The notes under the pieces were generated by a model. The model was not told the origin of the DNA. It was given only the letters and a program-made list of their open reading frames with translations, and ran no database searches. From positions 1-30,522 of the forward strand of contig JBEQAF010000017.1 of assembly GCA_041640455.1 (NCBI GenBank): a DNA stretch of 30,522 nucleotides, written 5' to 3'. The stretch is from a bacterium. Its GTDB lineage: Bacteria > CALINM01. The position numbers were made by a program, and so were the translations under genes. This document shows positions 10,250 through 20,755 of this stretch, piece by piece; within the stretch, counting starts at the first letter, position 1, and each line of letters opens with the position of its first letter.

Positions 10250-10266
10250 TGATAACAGTTATCAAT
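10248..10266. promoter_or_regulatory. Fur-family operator (Fur box-like)
   Basis: Perfect 9-1-9 palindrome ATTGATAAC-A-GTTATCAAT. Its 7-1-7 core TGATAAC-N-GTTATCA matches 12/14 of the Fur consensus TGATAAT-N-ATTATCA. It overlaps the -10 and +1. Confidence 0.72.
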
Positions 10267-10286
10267 ATCATATTAAGGAGGTAGTT

Positions 10287-10739
10287 ATGAGTAAAAATTT
10301 TCTTTTCATTTGCTTTGTAGTTTTATTTTTATCGGGGCTAAGCCAGGTTAATGCTGGAGAGGTTACATATCGTAATCATATCAAACCCATATTTGATAAG
10401 CATTGTATTGGCTGTCATGGAAAGGATTCTGCACCAGAGTATTATGCTTTTAAAGAAAACCCACAAATATGGCTTTCTAAAAATCAGGGAATGAGAATGG
10501 ACACTTATAGTCATTTAATTTTTTATACCGCATGGCCTGATACGGGTGCTTTGATGAGAAGACTTGATGATGGGAAAACCAGTGGTAAGGAAGGAAACAT
10601 GTATAAGTATCTGGGCGACACAGAAGAGGAGAGACAAAGAAATCTTAATATTTTTAAGGAATGGGTTGGCAACTGGACTCAAAAAAGGTGGAAAGATATT
10701 ACAAAAGAAGAGCTCGATAGCATTAAGGTGAAATATTAG
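10287..10739 (+). CDS. Exported monoheme c-type cytochrome of unknown function (150 aa)
   Basis: The likely start is ATG 10287 after SD AAGGAGG (the listed TTG at 10221 is the -35 box). It has a signal peptide ending ...VNA and a single CIGCH heme-attachment motif. Confidence 0.85.
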   Translation: MSKNFLFICFVVLFLSGLSQVNAGEVTYRNHIKPIFDKHCIGCHGKDSAPEYYAFKENPQIWLSKNQGMRMDTYSHLIFYTAWPDTGALMRRLDDGKTSGKEGNMYKYLGDTEEERQRNLNIFKEWVGNWTQKRWKDITKEELDSIKVKY

Positions 10740-10748
10740 CTTTTTTAT

Positions 10749-10783
10749 AAGCAGTTGGGGGTTACCTCAACTGCTTTTTATTT
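10749..10783 (+). terminator. Rho-independent terminator after the cytochrome c gene
   Basis: Stem AAGCAGTTGGGG-gtta-CCTCAACTGCTT followed by TTTATTT. Confidence 0.85.
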
Positions 10784-10810
10784 GAAAAATCATTGATAAT
10801 TCTATATAAT
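10782..10810 (+). promoter_or_regulatory. Sigma70 promoter of the queA cluster
   Basis: TTGAAA (10782-10787), 17 bp, TATAAT (10805-10810), ending 10 nt before the queA ATG. Confidence 0.65.
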
Positions 10811-10820
10811 CAATAGCCTT

Positions 10821-11834
10821 ATGGATCTGAAGGAGTTTTACTACCAGCTTCCAGAAGGCTTAATTGCAACAAAGCCCCTTGAAAAAAGAGACCTCTCAAA
10901 ACTGCTGATTTTGAAAAAAGACGGCAGTATTGAGCACAGGTATTTTTACCATATTTATGATTTTATAAATAAAGGGGAGCTTATAATTCTTAATAACACC
11001 AAAGTAGTAAAATCAAAAATCTCAGCACGAAAAAAGACCGGTGGGAAAATAGAGCTTCTCCTTTTCCGTGATTTTACAGACAACAAAATTTTTTGTATTG
11101 CCAGAGGGTCCCTAAAAGACAGAGATAGGGTATATGTAAATGGTATAGAGATTGAGCTTAACAGGGTATCTGAAGGTATGTTTGAGGTAAATATCACAGC
11201 GGATACTTATGAGTACATAATAAATTATTTCGGCACTGTCCCTTTGCCATCATATCTTAAAAGAGAAGCTGACAGGGATGATGAGAAAACCTATCAGACC
11301 GTAATTGCTGAAAAGGAAGGAGCGGTGGCTGCTCCTACAGCAGCACTGCATTTTACAAAGGATCTACTAAATAGGTTGGCTGTTAAGGGCGTAATTATAA
11401 AGTATGTTACTCTTCACGTGGGACCCGGTACCTTCCTGCCTGTCAAAACAGAGACGGTGGAGGCTCATAGAATGATGGCTGAATATTTCGAAATATCAGA
11501 AGATACAGCAAATGCCATAAATGAGGCAGAGCGGGATGGAAGAAGAATATTTTACTGCGGGACAACGGTAGTTAGAGCTGTAGAGACGGCTTCTAATGAT
11601 AATGGATATGTTAGCTCTATGGTAGGAAAAACGGAGCTTTATATTTATCCTGGCTACAAGTTCAAAAAGGTTAGAAATATGATTACCAATTTTCATCTAC
11701 CTGGCTCAACCCCTCTCCTTCTTGTTTCTGCCCTTGCAGGTAAAGATAATATTTTGAAAGCCTATGAAGCAGCTCAGAGCAATAATTATAGATTTTTCAG
11801 CTATGGCGATGCCATGCTTATTTTAAATGATTGA
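10821..11834 (+). CDS. queA: S-adenosylmethionine:tRNA ribosyltransferase-isomerase
   Basis: Motifs LPEGLIA, NNTKV, YQTV, GAVAAPTAALHF, TLHVGPGTFLPV, GTTVVR, TNFHLP and YRFFSYGDAM; upstream of tgt. Confidence 0.96.
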   Translation: MDLKEFYYQLPEGLIATKPLEKRDLSKLLILKKDGSIEHRYFYHIYDFINKGELIILNNTKVVKSKISARKKTGGKIELLLFRDFTDNKIFCIARGSLKDRDRVYVNGIEIELNRVSEGMFEVNITADTYEYIINYFGTVPLPSYLKREADRDDEKTYQTVIAEKEGAVAAPTAALHFTKDLLNRLAVKGVIIKYVTLHVGPGTFLPVKTETVEAHRMMAEYFEISEDTANAINEAERDGRRIFYCGTTVVRAVETASNDNGYVSSMVGKTELYIYPGYKFKKVRNMITNFHLPGSTPLLLVSALAGKDNILKAYEAAQSNNYRFFSYGDAMLILND

Positions 11835-13299
<1,465 letters not shown>

Positions 13300-13319
13300 A
13301 TTCGGGGGAGTTTTTTTAT

Positions 13320-14915
13320 ATGAAAAAGTTTGACTGGCGTTTTTATGTGATTTTTCTGCTTTTGATTCTATCTGGTTATGCACTTATTCCAACTTTTTTC
13401 CCAAATCTCACAAAGGGGACAAAGAAGTTTTTTATATTCGATCCGATTAAGCTCGGGCTTGATCTGCAGGGCGGGATACATCTGTTACTTCAGGTAGAGA
13501 CAAAAGAGGCACTGCAGTCTGTCCTTCAGAGAAGAGCTATGCAGATTAAGGAAAATCTTAATAAAAAGTCCCTAAGCTTTGACAGCGTCAGAGTTGACGG
13601 AGAAAGCATTATAGTTTCAACTCCTTTCAAAGATAAATGGTCTGAGTATGAAAAGGTGATAAACGATCTGTTTGCTGGGGTTGAGTATTCTAAGATAAAA
13701 GAAGATGACTTTTCTGTTTATTACAGGCTGGACATTCCTCAGAAACAGAAGGATTCCATAGAAGAAAATGCTGTTAAACAGGCTGTGGAGACCATCAGAA
13801 ACAGAATAGACCAGTTTGGCGTATCAGAACCCATAATTCATAGTCAGGGTACAGATCAGATAGTGGTAGAGCTACCTGGCGTAAAGGATCCCAAAAGGGC
13901 AATAGAGCTCATAGGAAAAACTGCAAGATTGGAATTTAAACTGGTAAGAGATGATGTGACATCCGATGCTATCCAAAAGGGAACACTACCTGAGGGTGTG
14001 GAGTTAATTCAGGAAAAAAGGGTAAACAGAGATTCTGGTGAGGTTCAAACCTATAGTATTGCTGTGGTAAAAGAACCTCTTCTTACCGGAGATCTACTTC
14101 AGGATGCTCAGGTAAAAATAGACTCAAGGTTTAATCAGCCTTATGTTTGGCTCAAGTTTGATGCTACTGGCGCCAAAATTTTTGAGCAGGTTACAGGTGA
14201 AAATATTGGTAAAAGAATGGCAATAGTCCTTGACAATGTATCTTACTCATCTCCCGTTATTAAAGATCGAATAGGAGGCGGAGAGGCGGTTATAGAGGGG
14301 ACTTTTGATCATAAAGAGGCAACGGATCTTGCCATCGTATTAAGGGCAGGCTCACTTCCAGCGCCAGTTAAGATAATACAGAATATTACTGTAGGTCCCA
14401 CACTTGGAAAGGATTCTATTACAAAAGGATCCATATCAGCTCTTATTGCCTTTGTTTGTGTACTCCTGTTTATGGTTATCTATTATAAAAAGGCAGGAAT
14501 TATATCAATTAGTGTACTTATTCTTAATTTACTTTTCCTTGTCGCCAGCATGATACTGATCAAGGCAACATTAACACTTCCAGGTATTGCAGGTATTATT
14601 CTTATGATAGGTATGGGCGTGGATTCAAATGTACTTATTTTTGAAAGGATTAAAGAGGAGTTCAGGCAAGGAAAAACAGTTAGAACAGCCATTGAAAGCG
14701 GTTTTAATAACGCATTCTGGACTATTGTGGACTCCCATGTGACAACACTGATTACCGCAGCTATTCTCTTTCAGTTCGGCACAGGACCAATCAAGGGGTT
14801 TGCTGTTACATTAACAATAGGTATTGTTATAAATCTTTTTACGGTTCTGGTTGGCACTAAAAGCGTTTATGATTATCTCGTATGGAATAAAAAAATAAGT
14901 AAGTTAAGTATATAA
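13320..14915 (+). CDS. secD: Protein translocase subunit SecD
   Basis: Motifs LGLDLQGG, IRNRIDQFGVSEP, LRAGSLPAP, VGPTLG, TLPGIAG and DSNVLIFERI. Confidence 0.97.
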   Translation: MKKFDWRFYVIFLLLILSGYALIPTFFPNLTKGTKKFFIFDPIKLGLDLQGGIHLLLQVETKEALQSVLQRRAMQIKENLNKKSLSFDSVRVDGESIIVSTPFKDKWSEYEKVINDLFAGVEYSKIKEDDFSVYYRLDIPQKQKDSIEENAVKQAVETIRNRIDQFGVSEPIIHSQGTDQIVVELPGVKDPKRAIELIGKTARLEFKLVRDDVTSDAIQKGTLPEGVELIQEKRVNRDSGEVQTYSIAVVKEPLLTGDLLQDAQVKIDSRFNQPYVWLKFDATGAKIFEQVTGENIGKRMAIVLDNVSYSSPVIKDRIGGGEAVIEGTFDHKEATDLAIVLRAGSLPAPVKIIQNITVGPTLGKDSITKGSISALIAFVCVLLFMVIYYKKAGIISISVLILNLLFLVASMILIKATLTLPGIAGIILMIGMGVDSNVLIFERIKEEFRQGKTVRTAIESGFNNAFWTIVDSHVTTLITAAILFQFGTGPIKGFAVTLTIGIVINLFTVLVGTKSVYDYLVWNKKISKLSI

Positions 14916-14927
14916 TGGGAGTTAAAG

Positions 14928-15830
14928 ATGGAAAGCAAAAGTAGGTTTAATCTTAACTATTTTTCAGCCACAAAGGTGACAGCAACCATATCAATTTTTC
15001 TTGTTCTTGTAGGATTATATAGTATTATCATGATGTTTAAAGGTCACAAAGTAGGGATAGATTTTCAAGGTGGAAATGCCATAAATGTGTCCTTTTCTAA
15101 ATCCTATTCTATAAATGAAATAAGAGCTCTTGCAGGTAAAACCGGGATTAACTTTGATATCGCTCATTTCCCTTCCGAGAATAAGGCAATTTTTAAAACC
15201 AAGCTGGTTGAGGTAAACGGAAAGAAGGTATCGGATATTCTTGAGGAAAGCTTTAAACAAACCTTAGGGAAAGATGGTTTTGTTATTGAAGGTATTACTG
15301 AGATAGGTCCACGTGTGGGAAATGAGCTAAAAAAAGACGCCACCATAGCCTTTATACTTTCTGCTATCGGTATAATATTTTATCTGGCATGGAGATTTGA
15401 AAAGAAGTTTGGTCTTGCCGCAGCTATAGCCACATATCATGATGTAATAATTATCGTGGGAATTATGTATATGCTTAACTTTGAAATGGATCTTATAGTG
15501 CTAACAGCGCTACTAACCATTGCTGGTTATTCCCTTACCGATACGGTAGTTGTTTTTGACAGAATTAGAGAGAATCTGAGAAAAAAGGGAGTAACAAACA
15601 TAAAGGAGACTATTAATAATAGCATTAATGAGGTTATGAACAGGACACTTATTACCTCTCTTACAACCCTGTTCTCAGCAGTTGCTCTTTTAATGTTCGG
15701 TGGTGAGGTATTGAGAAGCTTTGCACTGGCTATAAGCCTTGGAGTTATTGTGGGCACCTACTCTTCCATATTTATAGCAAGTCCTTTGCTGGTGTTGTTA
15801 AAGATTGATCCAAAGAAACTTAGAAAGTAG
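14928..15830 (+). CDS. secF: Protein translocase subunit SecF
   Basis: Motifs GIDFQGG, IGPRVG, GYSLTDTVVVFDRIREN and GTYSSIFIASP. Confidence 0.96.
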   Translation: MESKSRFNLNYFSATKVTATISIFLVLVGLYSIIMMFKGHKVGIDFQGGNAINVSFSKSYSINEIRALAGKTGINFDIAHFPSENKAIFKTKLVEVNGKKVSDILEESFKQTLGKDGFVIEGITEIGPRVGNELKKDATIAFILSAIGIIFYLAWRFEKKFGLAAAIATYHDVIIIVGIMYMLNFEMDLIVLTALLTIAGYSLTDTVVVFDRIRENLRKKGVTNIKETINNSINEVMNRTLITSLTTLFSAVALLMFGGEVLRSFALAISLGVIVGTYSSIFIASPLLVLLKIDPKKLRK

Positions 15831-15838
15831 AGGAGTTT

Positions 15839-16639
15839 ATGAAAAAGCTTGCCATAATCGGGCTTGGCAATATGGGACAGGCAATTCTGAAAGGGTTGCT
15901 CGGTTCAAAAATTCTTTCAATAGATGCCATTCAGGGTTTTGAAAAGATTGATACTGTCTCAAAAAAGATAAGATCCGAGTTTGGAATAGCTGTAGAAAAA
16001 GATTACAGCTTGCTTTCTGACTGCGACTATATAGTTATTGCTGTTAAACCCCAACAGATAAATGATCTGCTTACCAGTATTAAAGAGAGTATTAAAAATC
16101 AGGTAATAATAAGCATTGCAGCAGGTATTAAATCTGATCAGATAAAAAATGTTCTGGGTGACAAAAAAATTGTACGAGCCATGCCCAATACCCCTGCTCT
16201 TATAGGAGAGGGGATTACGGGAGCCTGGCTATCACCCAATATAAAAGAAATGGAAAAAAATAATATAGAAAGAATATTGCAATCTCTTGGTGATGTAATT
16301 TTTGTAGATAAGGAAGAGGATATAGACAGGATAACCGCTCTGTCTGGAAGCGGTCCTGCCTATGTGTATTTTCTAATGGAGGCTTTTATTGATGCAGGGG
16401 TTTATCTTGGGCTACCAAGAGATATCTCAAGAAAGCTTGTATTGAAAACCTTTTCAGGTAGTTCAGCTCTTTCTCAAAAAACTGACCGAACTGTCACAGA
16501 GTTGAAAGAGATGGTTACCTCACCTGGCGGAACAACCATTTACGGACTTTCTGAGCTTGAAAATGGAGCAGTTAAGGCAACTATTATAAAAGCTGTTGTA
16601 AGAGCCTTTGAAAGGGCAAAGGAGCTGGGAGGCAGATAG
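15839..16639 (+). CDS. proC: Pyrroline-5-carboxylate reductase
   Basis: Motifs GLGNMG, AVKPQ, RAMPNTP, SGSGPAY and VTSPGGTT. Confidence 0.96.
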   Translation: MKKLAIIGLGNMGQAILKGLLGSKILSIDAIQGFEKIDTVSKKIRSEFGIAVEKDYSLLSDCDYIVIAVKPQQINDLLTSIKESIKNQVIISIAAGIKSDQIKNVLGDKKIVRAMPNTPALIGEGITGAWLSPNIKEMEKNNIERILQSLGDVIFVDKEEDIDRITALSGSGPAYVYFLMEAFIDAGVYLGLPRDISRKLVLKTFSGSSALSQKTDRTVTELKEMVTSPGGTTIYGLSELENGAVKATIIKAVVRAFERAKELGGR

Positions 16640-16953
16640 TGTTTATTCTGGCTAATTTTTTAGACGCCTTCAGCAGGATTATCTCTATTTTTTTTACCAT
16701 TTACACCTATGTGATAATCGCAAGGGTATTCTCCAGCTGGGTTGGTGCAAATCCATATAACCCGATAGTAAAAACCCTTTATTATCTTACCGAGCCAGTT
16801 TTAAAAAAGATAAGAAAGATTATTCCATACGTCCCTATCGGAGGAGGATATGTGGATCTTTCACCATTAATTCTACTTATTCTGGTAAATTTTCTGGATT
16901 TTTTCATTTCAAAAACTCTATTCGATATCTCATTAAGGCTGAGACAATATTGA
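16639..16953 (+). CDS. yggT: YggT family membrane protein
   Basis: Motifs SWV...NP, LTEPVL and DLSPLI. The GTG start overlaps the proC stop codon. Confidence 0.9.
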   Translation: MFILANFLDAFSRIISIFFTIYTYVIIARVFSSWVGANPYNPIVKTLYYLTEPVLKKIRKIIPYVPIGGGYVDLSPLILLILVNFLDFFISKTLFDISLRLRQY

Positions 16954-16972
16954 TCTTAAAGGAGGCTCTCAG

Positions 16973-17422
16973 ATGAAGATTACCCCTATTGATATTCAGG
17001 AACAGAAGTTTAAAGTCTCCTTCAGAGGGTATGACAGAGATGAAGTTGATGCATTTCTTGACCTTGTATCCAAAGAAGTGGAAGATCTTTTGAGGGAAAA
17101 CAGTTATCTGAAAGGTGAGATAGAAAAGCTTAACAGAGAAAATGAGAACCTAAAAGAAATGGAAGATGCGCTTAAAAATGCCATTGTAGCGGCTCAAAAA
17201 ATGGCTGAAGATTATAAGGAGAATGCCAGAAAAGAAGCAGAAAATATAGTTGCTGAGGCAAGGATAAGGGCAGCAAAAATTATAGATGAGGCAGAACTTA
17301 GGGTTTCGGAACTCAATCGAGAGCTTGCAAGCATTAAGGTTAAGGCAAAGGAGATAAAGGAGCTGGTGAAAGGTCTCCTGAACGGATTTTTGCAAAATCT
17401 TGATAGTCTGGATACTAAATAA
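16973..17422 (+). CDS. divIVA: DivIVA domain coiled-coil protein
   Basis: N-terminal ITPIDIQEQKFKVSFRGYDRDEVDAFLD followed by a long coiled coil; SD AAAGGAGG. Confidence 0.88.
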   Translation: MKITPIDIQEQKFKVSFRGYDRDEVDAFLDLVSKEVEDLLRENSYLKGEIEKLNRENENLKEMEDALKNAIVAAQKMAEDYKENARKEAENIVAEARIRAAKIIDEAELRVSELNRELASIKVKAKEIKELVKGLLNGFLQNLDSLDTK

Positions 17423-17646
17423 TGGAAAAAATTTTTACGGTAAAAGTTAAAGCAGGGGCAAAAAAGGAAGAGATATCTATACAGCAGGATCATATAATTG
17501 CAAAGGTGGCACAGCCTCCTGTTGAAGGTAAGGCAAATGAGCGACTTGTAGAGCTTCTGGCTGAACACTTCAAGGTGCCTAAAAGCCAGATTAAAATTCT
17601 TAAAGGTCTGACGGGTAAGAACAAAATCGTGAAGGTAAATTCATAA
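17422..17646 (+). CDS. DUF167/YggU family protein
   Basis: Motifs VKVKAGA, PPVEGKANERL and I.I..G..G.NK; follows yggT-divIVA. Confidence 0.9.
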   Translation: MEKIFTVKVKAGAKKEEISIQQDHIIAKVAQPPVEGKANERLVELLAEHFKVPKSQIKILKGLTGKNKIVKVNS

Positions 17647-17647
17647 A

Positions 17648-18382
17648 ATGATAAAGAAGCTATTAGTTATAATTATGTTCGCAACTCTCATATCTGCCTG
17701 TGGGAAAAAAACTCCCACACCTGAGGAGGCATACAGGGAGGCTATGTCTTTATATTCAAGAAAATACTATGAAGACTCGGTTGAAGCCTTCAAAAAGGTA
17801 AAAGACCTTTTTCCCGACCATCCACTTGCGAGAGAGTCCCAGCTGATGGTTGCCGATGCCCATTTTAATTCCGAAAAATATGATGAGGCATATCTTGCTT
17901 ACGACGAGTTTATAAAGCTCTATCCTGAGAGCATCAATATCCCCTATGCCCATTATATGCAGGCGCTATGTTATTACAGGCAGATATCTGAAAAGGACAG
18001 AGATCAGGGTTTTACGAGGCAGGCACTGGAACGACTGGAAAAGATTGTAAAAGAGTTTCCTGACACACCCTATGCCATAAAGGCATACTTTTATATAAAA
18101 GAGTGCCGTAAGAGACTGGCAGAGCAGGAGATATTTGTTGGTAATTACTATTTAAGATATGATAAATTTAAAGCCGCAGAAAAAAGATTTAAATATGCCC
18201 TTAAAAATTTTCCCGATGTGCAGATACAGGAAGATGCACTTTACGGCTTATACAGGGTTTATAAGGGAAAAAAGGATATGGAGAAGCAGAAAAAGGTACA
18301 GCAATTGCTTTTAAAACATTTTCCTGATACAAAATATAAGGAAAAAATAAAAAAAGAGGTGGAATATGAGCCTCAGAGATGA
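17648..18382 (+). CDS. bamD: Outer membrane protein assembly factor BamD (lipoprotein)
   Basis: Lipobox ISAC, TPR repeats, FIKLYP, DRDQ, LAEQEIFVGNYY and AA..RF. Confidence 0.9.
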   Translation: MIKKLLVIIMFATLISACGKKTPTPEEAYREAMSLYSRKYYEDSVEAFKKVKDLFPDHPLARESQLMVADAHFNSEKYDEAYLAYDEFIKLYPESINIPYAHYMQALCYYRQISEKDRDQGFTRQALERLEKIVKEFPDTPYAIKAYFYIKECRKRLAEQEIFVGNYYLRYDKFKAAEKRFKYALKNFPDVQIQEDALYGLYRVYKGKKDMEKQKKVQQLLLKHFPDTKYKEKIKKEVEYEPQR

Positions 18383-19067
18383 ATATTTAAAAGGTCTTGA
18401 AGCCTTTGAAAAGAAGGATTATGAAGAGGCAAAAAAAAGGTTTGAAAAAGCCATTCAGGAAGGGGGAGAAAAATTTCCTGACCTGCTAAACAAGTATGCC
18501 TTTCTTTTAAGTATGGAAGGCGATACGGCAAAGGCTATTGAATATCTTAAAAAAGCCCTTGAGATTAATCCCAAATATACAGAGGCAGCAGTAAACCTTG
18601 CCTATATACTCAATGAGGTGGGGCGTTATGATGAGGCTATGGAAGTCAGAAAACATATGCATAGCATGTATGACGAGCGCACAAAGAGAAATATTGATCC
18701 CTATGTTATCGGTAAAATTGCTAACATGCATGCCGATATCGCCGAGAGATACGTGGAGATAGGATACATAAATGAAGCCATTGATGAGCTGAAGAAAGCG
18801 CTTAAGATAAGGCCTGCCTTTGTTGATATCCGCACAAGGCTTGCTGTGCTTTACAGAGAAAAAGGCGAGATAGACGAAGCCATTGAACATCTTACCCAGA
18901 GCATACTGGAAAATCCAAAATATTTGAATGCCTATATACAGCTTGGGCTCACCTATTATGTTATGGGCGAGATAGAGCTGGCTCAGAAGCAATGGAACAA
19001 GGTACTTGAGATAGACCCTTCAAATAATATCGCCAAGGTATATCTCAATATGATTAAAAAGAAATAA
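18366..19067 (+). CDS. Cytoplasmic tetratricopeptide repeat protein
   Basis: About 6 TPR repeats (ALEINPKY, ALKIRPAF, ILENPKY, VLEIDPSN) and no signal peptide. Overlaps bamD by 17 nt. Confidence 0.85.
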   Translation: MSLRDEYLKGLEAFEKKDYEEAKKRFEKAIQEGGEKFPDLLNKYAFLLSMEGDTAKAIEYLKKALEINPKYTEAAVNLAYILNEVGRYDEAMEVRKHMHSMYDERTKRNIDPYVIGKIANMHADIAERYVEIGYINEAIDELKKALKIRPAFVDIRTRLAVLYREKGEIDEAIEHLTQSILENPKYLNAYIQLGLTYYVMGEIELAQKQWNKVLEIDPSNNIAKVYLNMIKKK

Positions 19068-19147
19068 TACTGAAAATTTTTCTTGAAAAAAAATTTTAAA
19101 AATGCAATGTTTTTACAGATAATTTAAAAATTTGGGGGAGGAAAGAT

Positions 19148-20704
19148 ATGGAAAACAAGTTTATGGCATCTCTACAGGACAAATCAACCTTTTCTGTTAC
19201 CTGGGAGCTGGTACCTGGTAGAGGTTCGAGGGAAAAGGCTCAGGAAACTGTTTTTGCAAGCGCTGAGCTGGCAGCAAAAAACGGCAAGATCCACGCATTG
19301 ACAATAACCGATAATCCCGGTGGTAATCCAGCCATACTTGCAGATTATCTGGGGATGGAGATCAGATCCAGATACGGAATAGAACCGCTGGTTCACTTCA
19401 CCTGCAAGGACAAAAATAGAAATCAGATAGAAAGCCAGCTTTACGCACTTGAGAGGGCTGAGGTAAGATCACTTCTTGTTATGACTGGAGACTATCCCGT
19501 AACAGGTTACACAGGAAGACCAAAGCCTGTTTTTGATCTGGATCCAGTTCATGTGTTAAAGCTAATTAGCGCAATGAACGAAGGTCTTGAGTATGACCAT
19601 ATGGGTAAGACAGCTAAGATGCAACCATCAAGCTTTTTTGCCGGTTGTGCGGTATCTCCTTTCAAAAGAGACGAGGCGGAGCAGATGGTGCAGTATTACA
19701 AACTTAAGAAAAAAATAGATGCAGGAGCAAAATTTATAGTCCCCCAACTGGGCTATGATGTGCGTAAATTTCATGAGCTCATTCAGTTTATAAGAGAAAA
19801 CGGCTGGAATATTCCAGTTATAGGCAACGTTTATGTGCTTCCTTACGGAGCTGCTAAGCTGATGTATGAGAACAAAATACCCGGCTGTGTGGTAACCAAA
19901 GAGTTATTATCTGTTCTGGAGAAAGAAAAGGATGCTCCTGATAAAGGAAAACAGGCAAGACTTGACAGAGCTGCAAAAATGTACGGATATTTCAAAGGAA
20001 TGGGTTATGACGGCGTTCATATTGGTGGTCATGGCATAAAGATAGAAGAGGTAGATTATATCATAGAAAAGGGTGAGGAGTTTGCCAAAAACTGGATGGA
20101 CTATGTTCATGAGTTTCTGTTCCCCATGCCAGGACAGTTTTACTATTACGAGAAGGATGAAAAAACTGGATTAAATACAAACAAACCGACTAACAGAAAG
20201 GGCAGAGAGCTTGACACCTCTGTACCTTTTATGTACAGCATTTACAGAGGGATGCACGAGCTTATGTTTGAACCTGGAAAGGGACTTTTCGGGCTTATGC
20301 GTTCCACTATGAAAGCCATAGACGGATCATCCTTTGAGCATGCCTTTGACAGGATAGAACATCTTATAAAAGTTATACTTTTTGAATGTGAGAACTGCGG
20401 AGACTGTGCCTTGTTTGAGCTCGCCTTTCTCTGTCCTATGAGTCAGTGCCCAAAAAAGCAGAGAAACGGAGCCTGCGGCGGTTCTTATGAAGGCTGGTGC
20501 GAAGTATATCCAAAAAAGAAAAAATGCATATATGTAAGAGCCTATGCAAGACTAAAAAAATATAACGAAGAGGAAGATCTGAGAGATATTTATGTTCCGC
20601 CTGCAAACTGGGATTTTTACCGAACCGCATCATGGATAAACTTCTTCCTGGGAAGGGATCATGTGGGCAGAAGGCTTAACGTTCCGCTTGTTCCTAAAAA
20701 ATAA
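19148..20704 (+). CDS. metF: Methylenetetrahydrofolate reductase (MetF-like) with a fused C-terminal Cys-rich MetV/MTHFR_C-like domain
   Basis: MTHFR motifs WELVPG, ITDNPGG, HFTCKDKN, MTGD and PQLGYD. The C-terminal CxxCGDC-x8-CPMSQCPK-x5-ACGGS-x3-WCE-x7-C segment has 8 Cys. Confidence 0.85.
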   Translation: MENKFMASLQDKSTFSVTWELVPGRGSREKAQETVFASAELAAKNGKIHALTITDNPGGNPAILADYLGMEIRSRYGIEPLVHFTCKDKNRNQIESQLYALERAEVRSLLVMTGDYPVTGYTGRPKPVFDLDPVHVLKLISAMNEGLEYDHMGKTAKMQPSSFFAGCAVSPFKRDEAEQMVQYYKLKKKIDAGAKFIVPQLGYDVRKFHELIQFIRENGWNIPVIGNVYVLPYGAAKLMYENKIPGCVVTKELLSVLEKEKDAPDKGKQARLDRAAKMYGYFKGMGYDGVHIGGHGIKIEEVDYIIEKGEEFAKNWMDYVHEFLFPMPGQFYYYEKDEKTGLNTNKPTNRKGRELDTSVPFMYSIYRGMHELMFEPGKGLFGLMRSTMKAIDGSSFEHAFDRIEHLIKVILFECENCGDCALFELAFLCPMSQCPKKQRNGACGGSYEGWCEVYPKKKKCIYVRAYARLKKYNEEEDLRDIYVPPANWDFYRTASWINFFLGRDHVGRRLNVPLVPKK

Positions 20705-20716
20705 TTAACAATATAG

Positions 20717-20744
20717 GGGGTAAGGTCTACATAGACTTTGCCCC
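20717..20744 (+). other. Intergenic stem-loop without a U-tract
   Basis: GGGGTAAGGTCT-acat-AGACTTTGCCCC, a 12-bp stem with two G-U pairs, directly before the SD of the next gene. Confidence 0.6.
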
Positions 20745-20755
20745 GAAAGGTGCTT

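Noticed and set aside
10249..10265. FNR/CRP-type site (TTGAT...ATCAA)
   Set aside because: The spacer is 7 nt, not the 4 nt of FNR boxes. The 7-1-7 geometry fits the Fur family.
10221..10286. N-terminal extension of the cytochrome ORF from TTG 10221
   Set aside because: The TTG belongs to the -35 box TTGACA. The SD and signal peptide fit ATG 10287.
19068..19147. SAM or THF riboswitch upstream of metF
   Set aside because: The spacer is 80 bp and very AT-rich, with no recognisable aptamer core.
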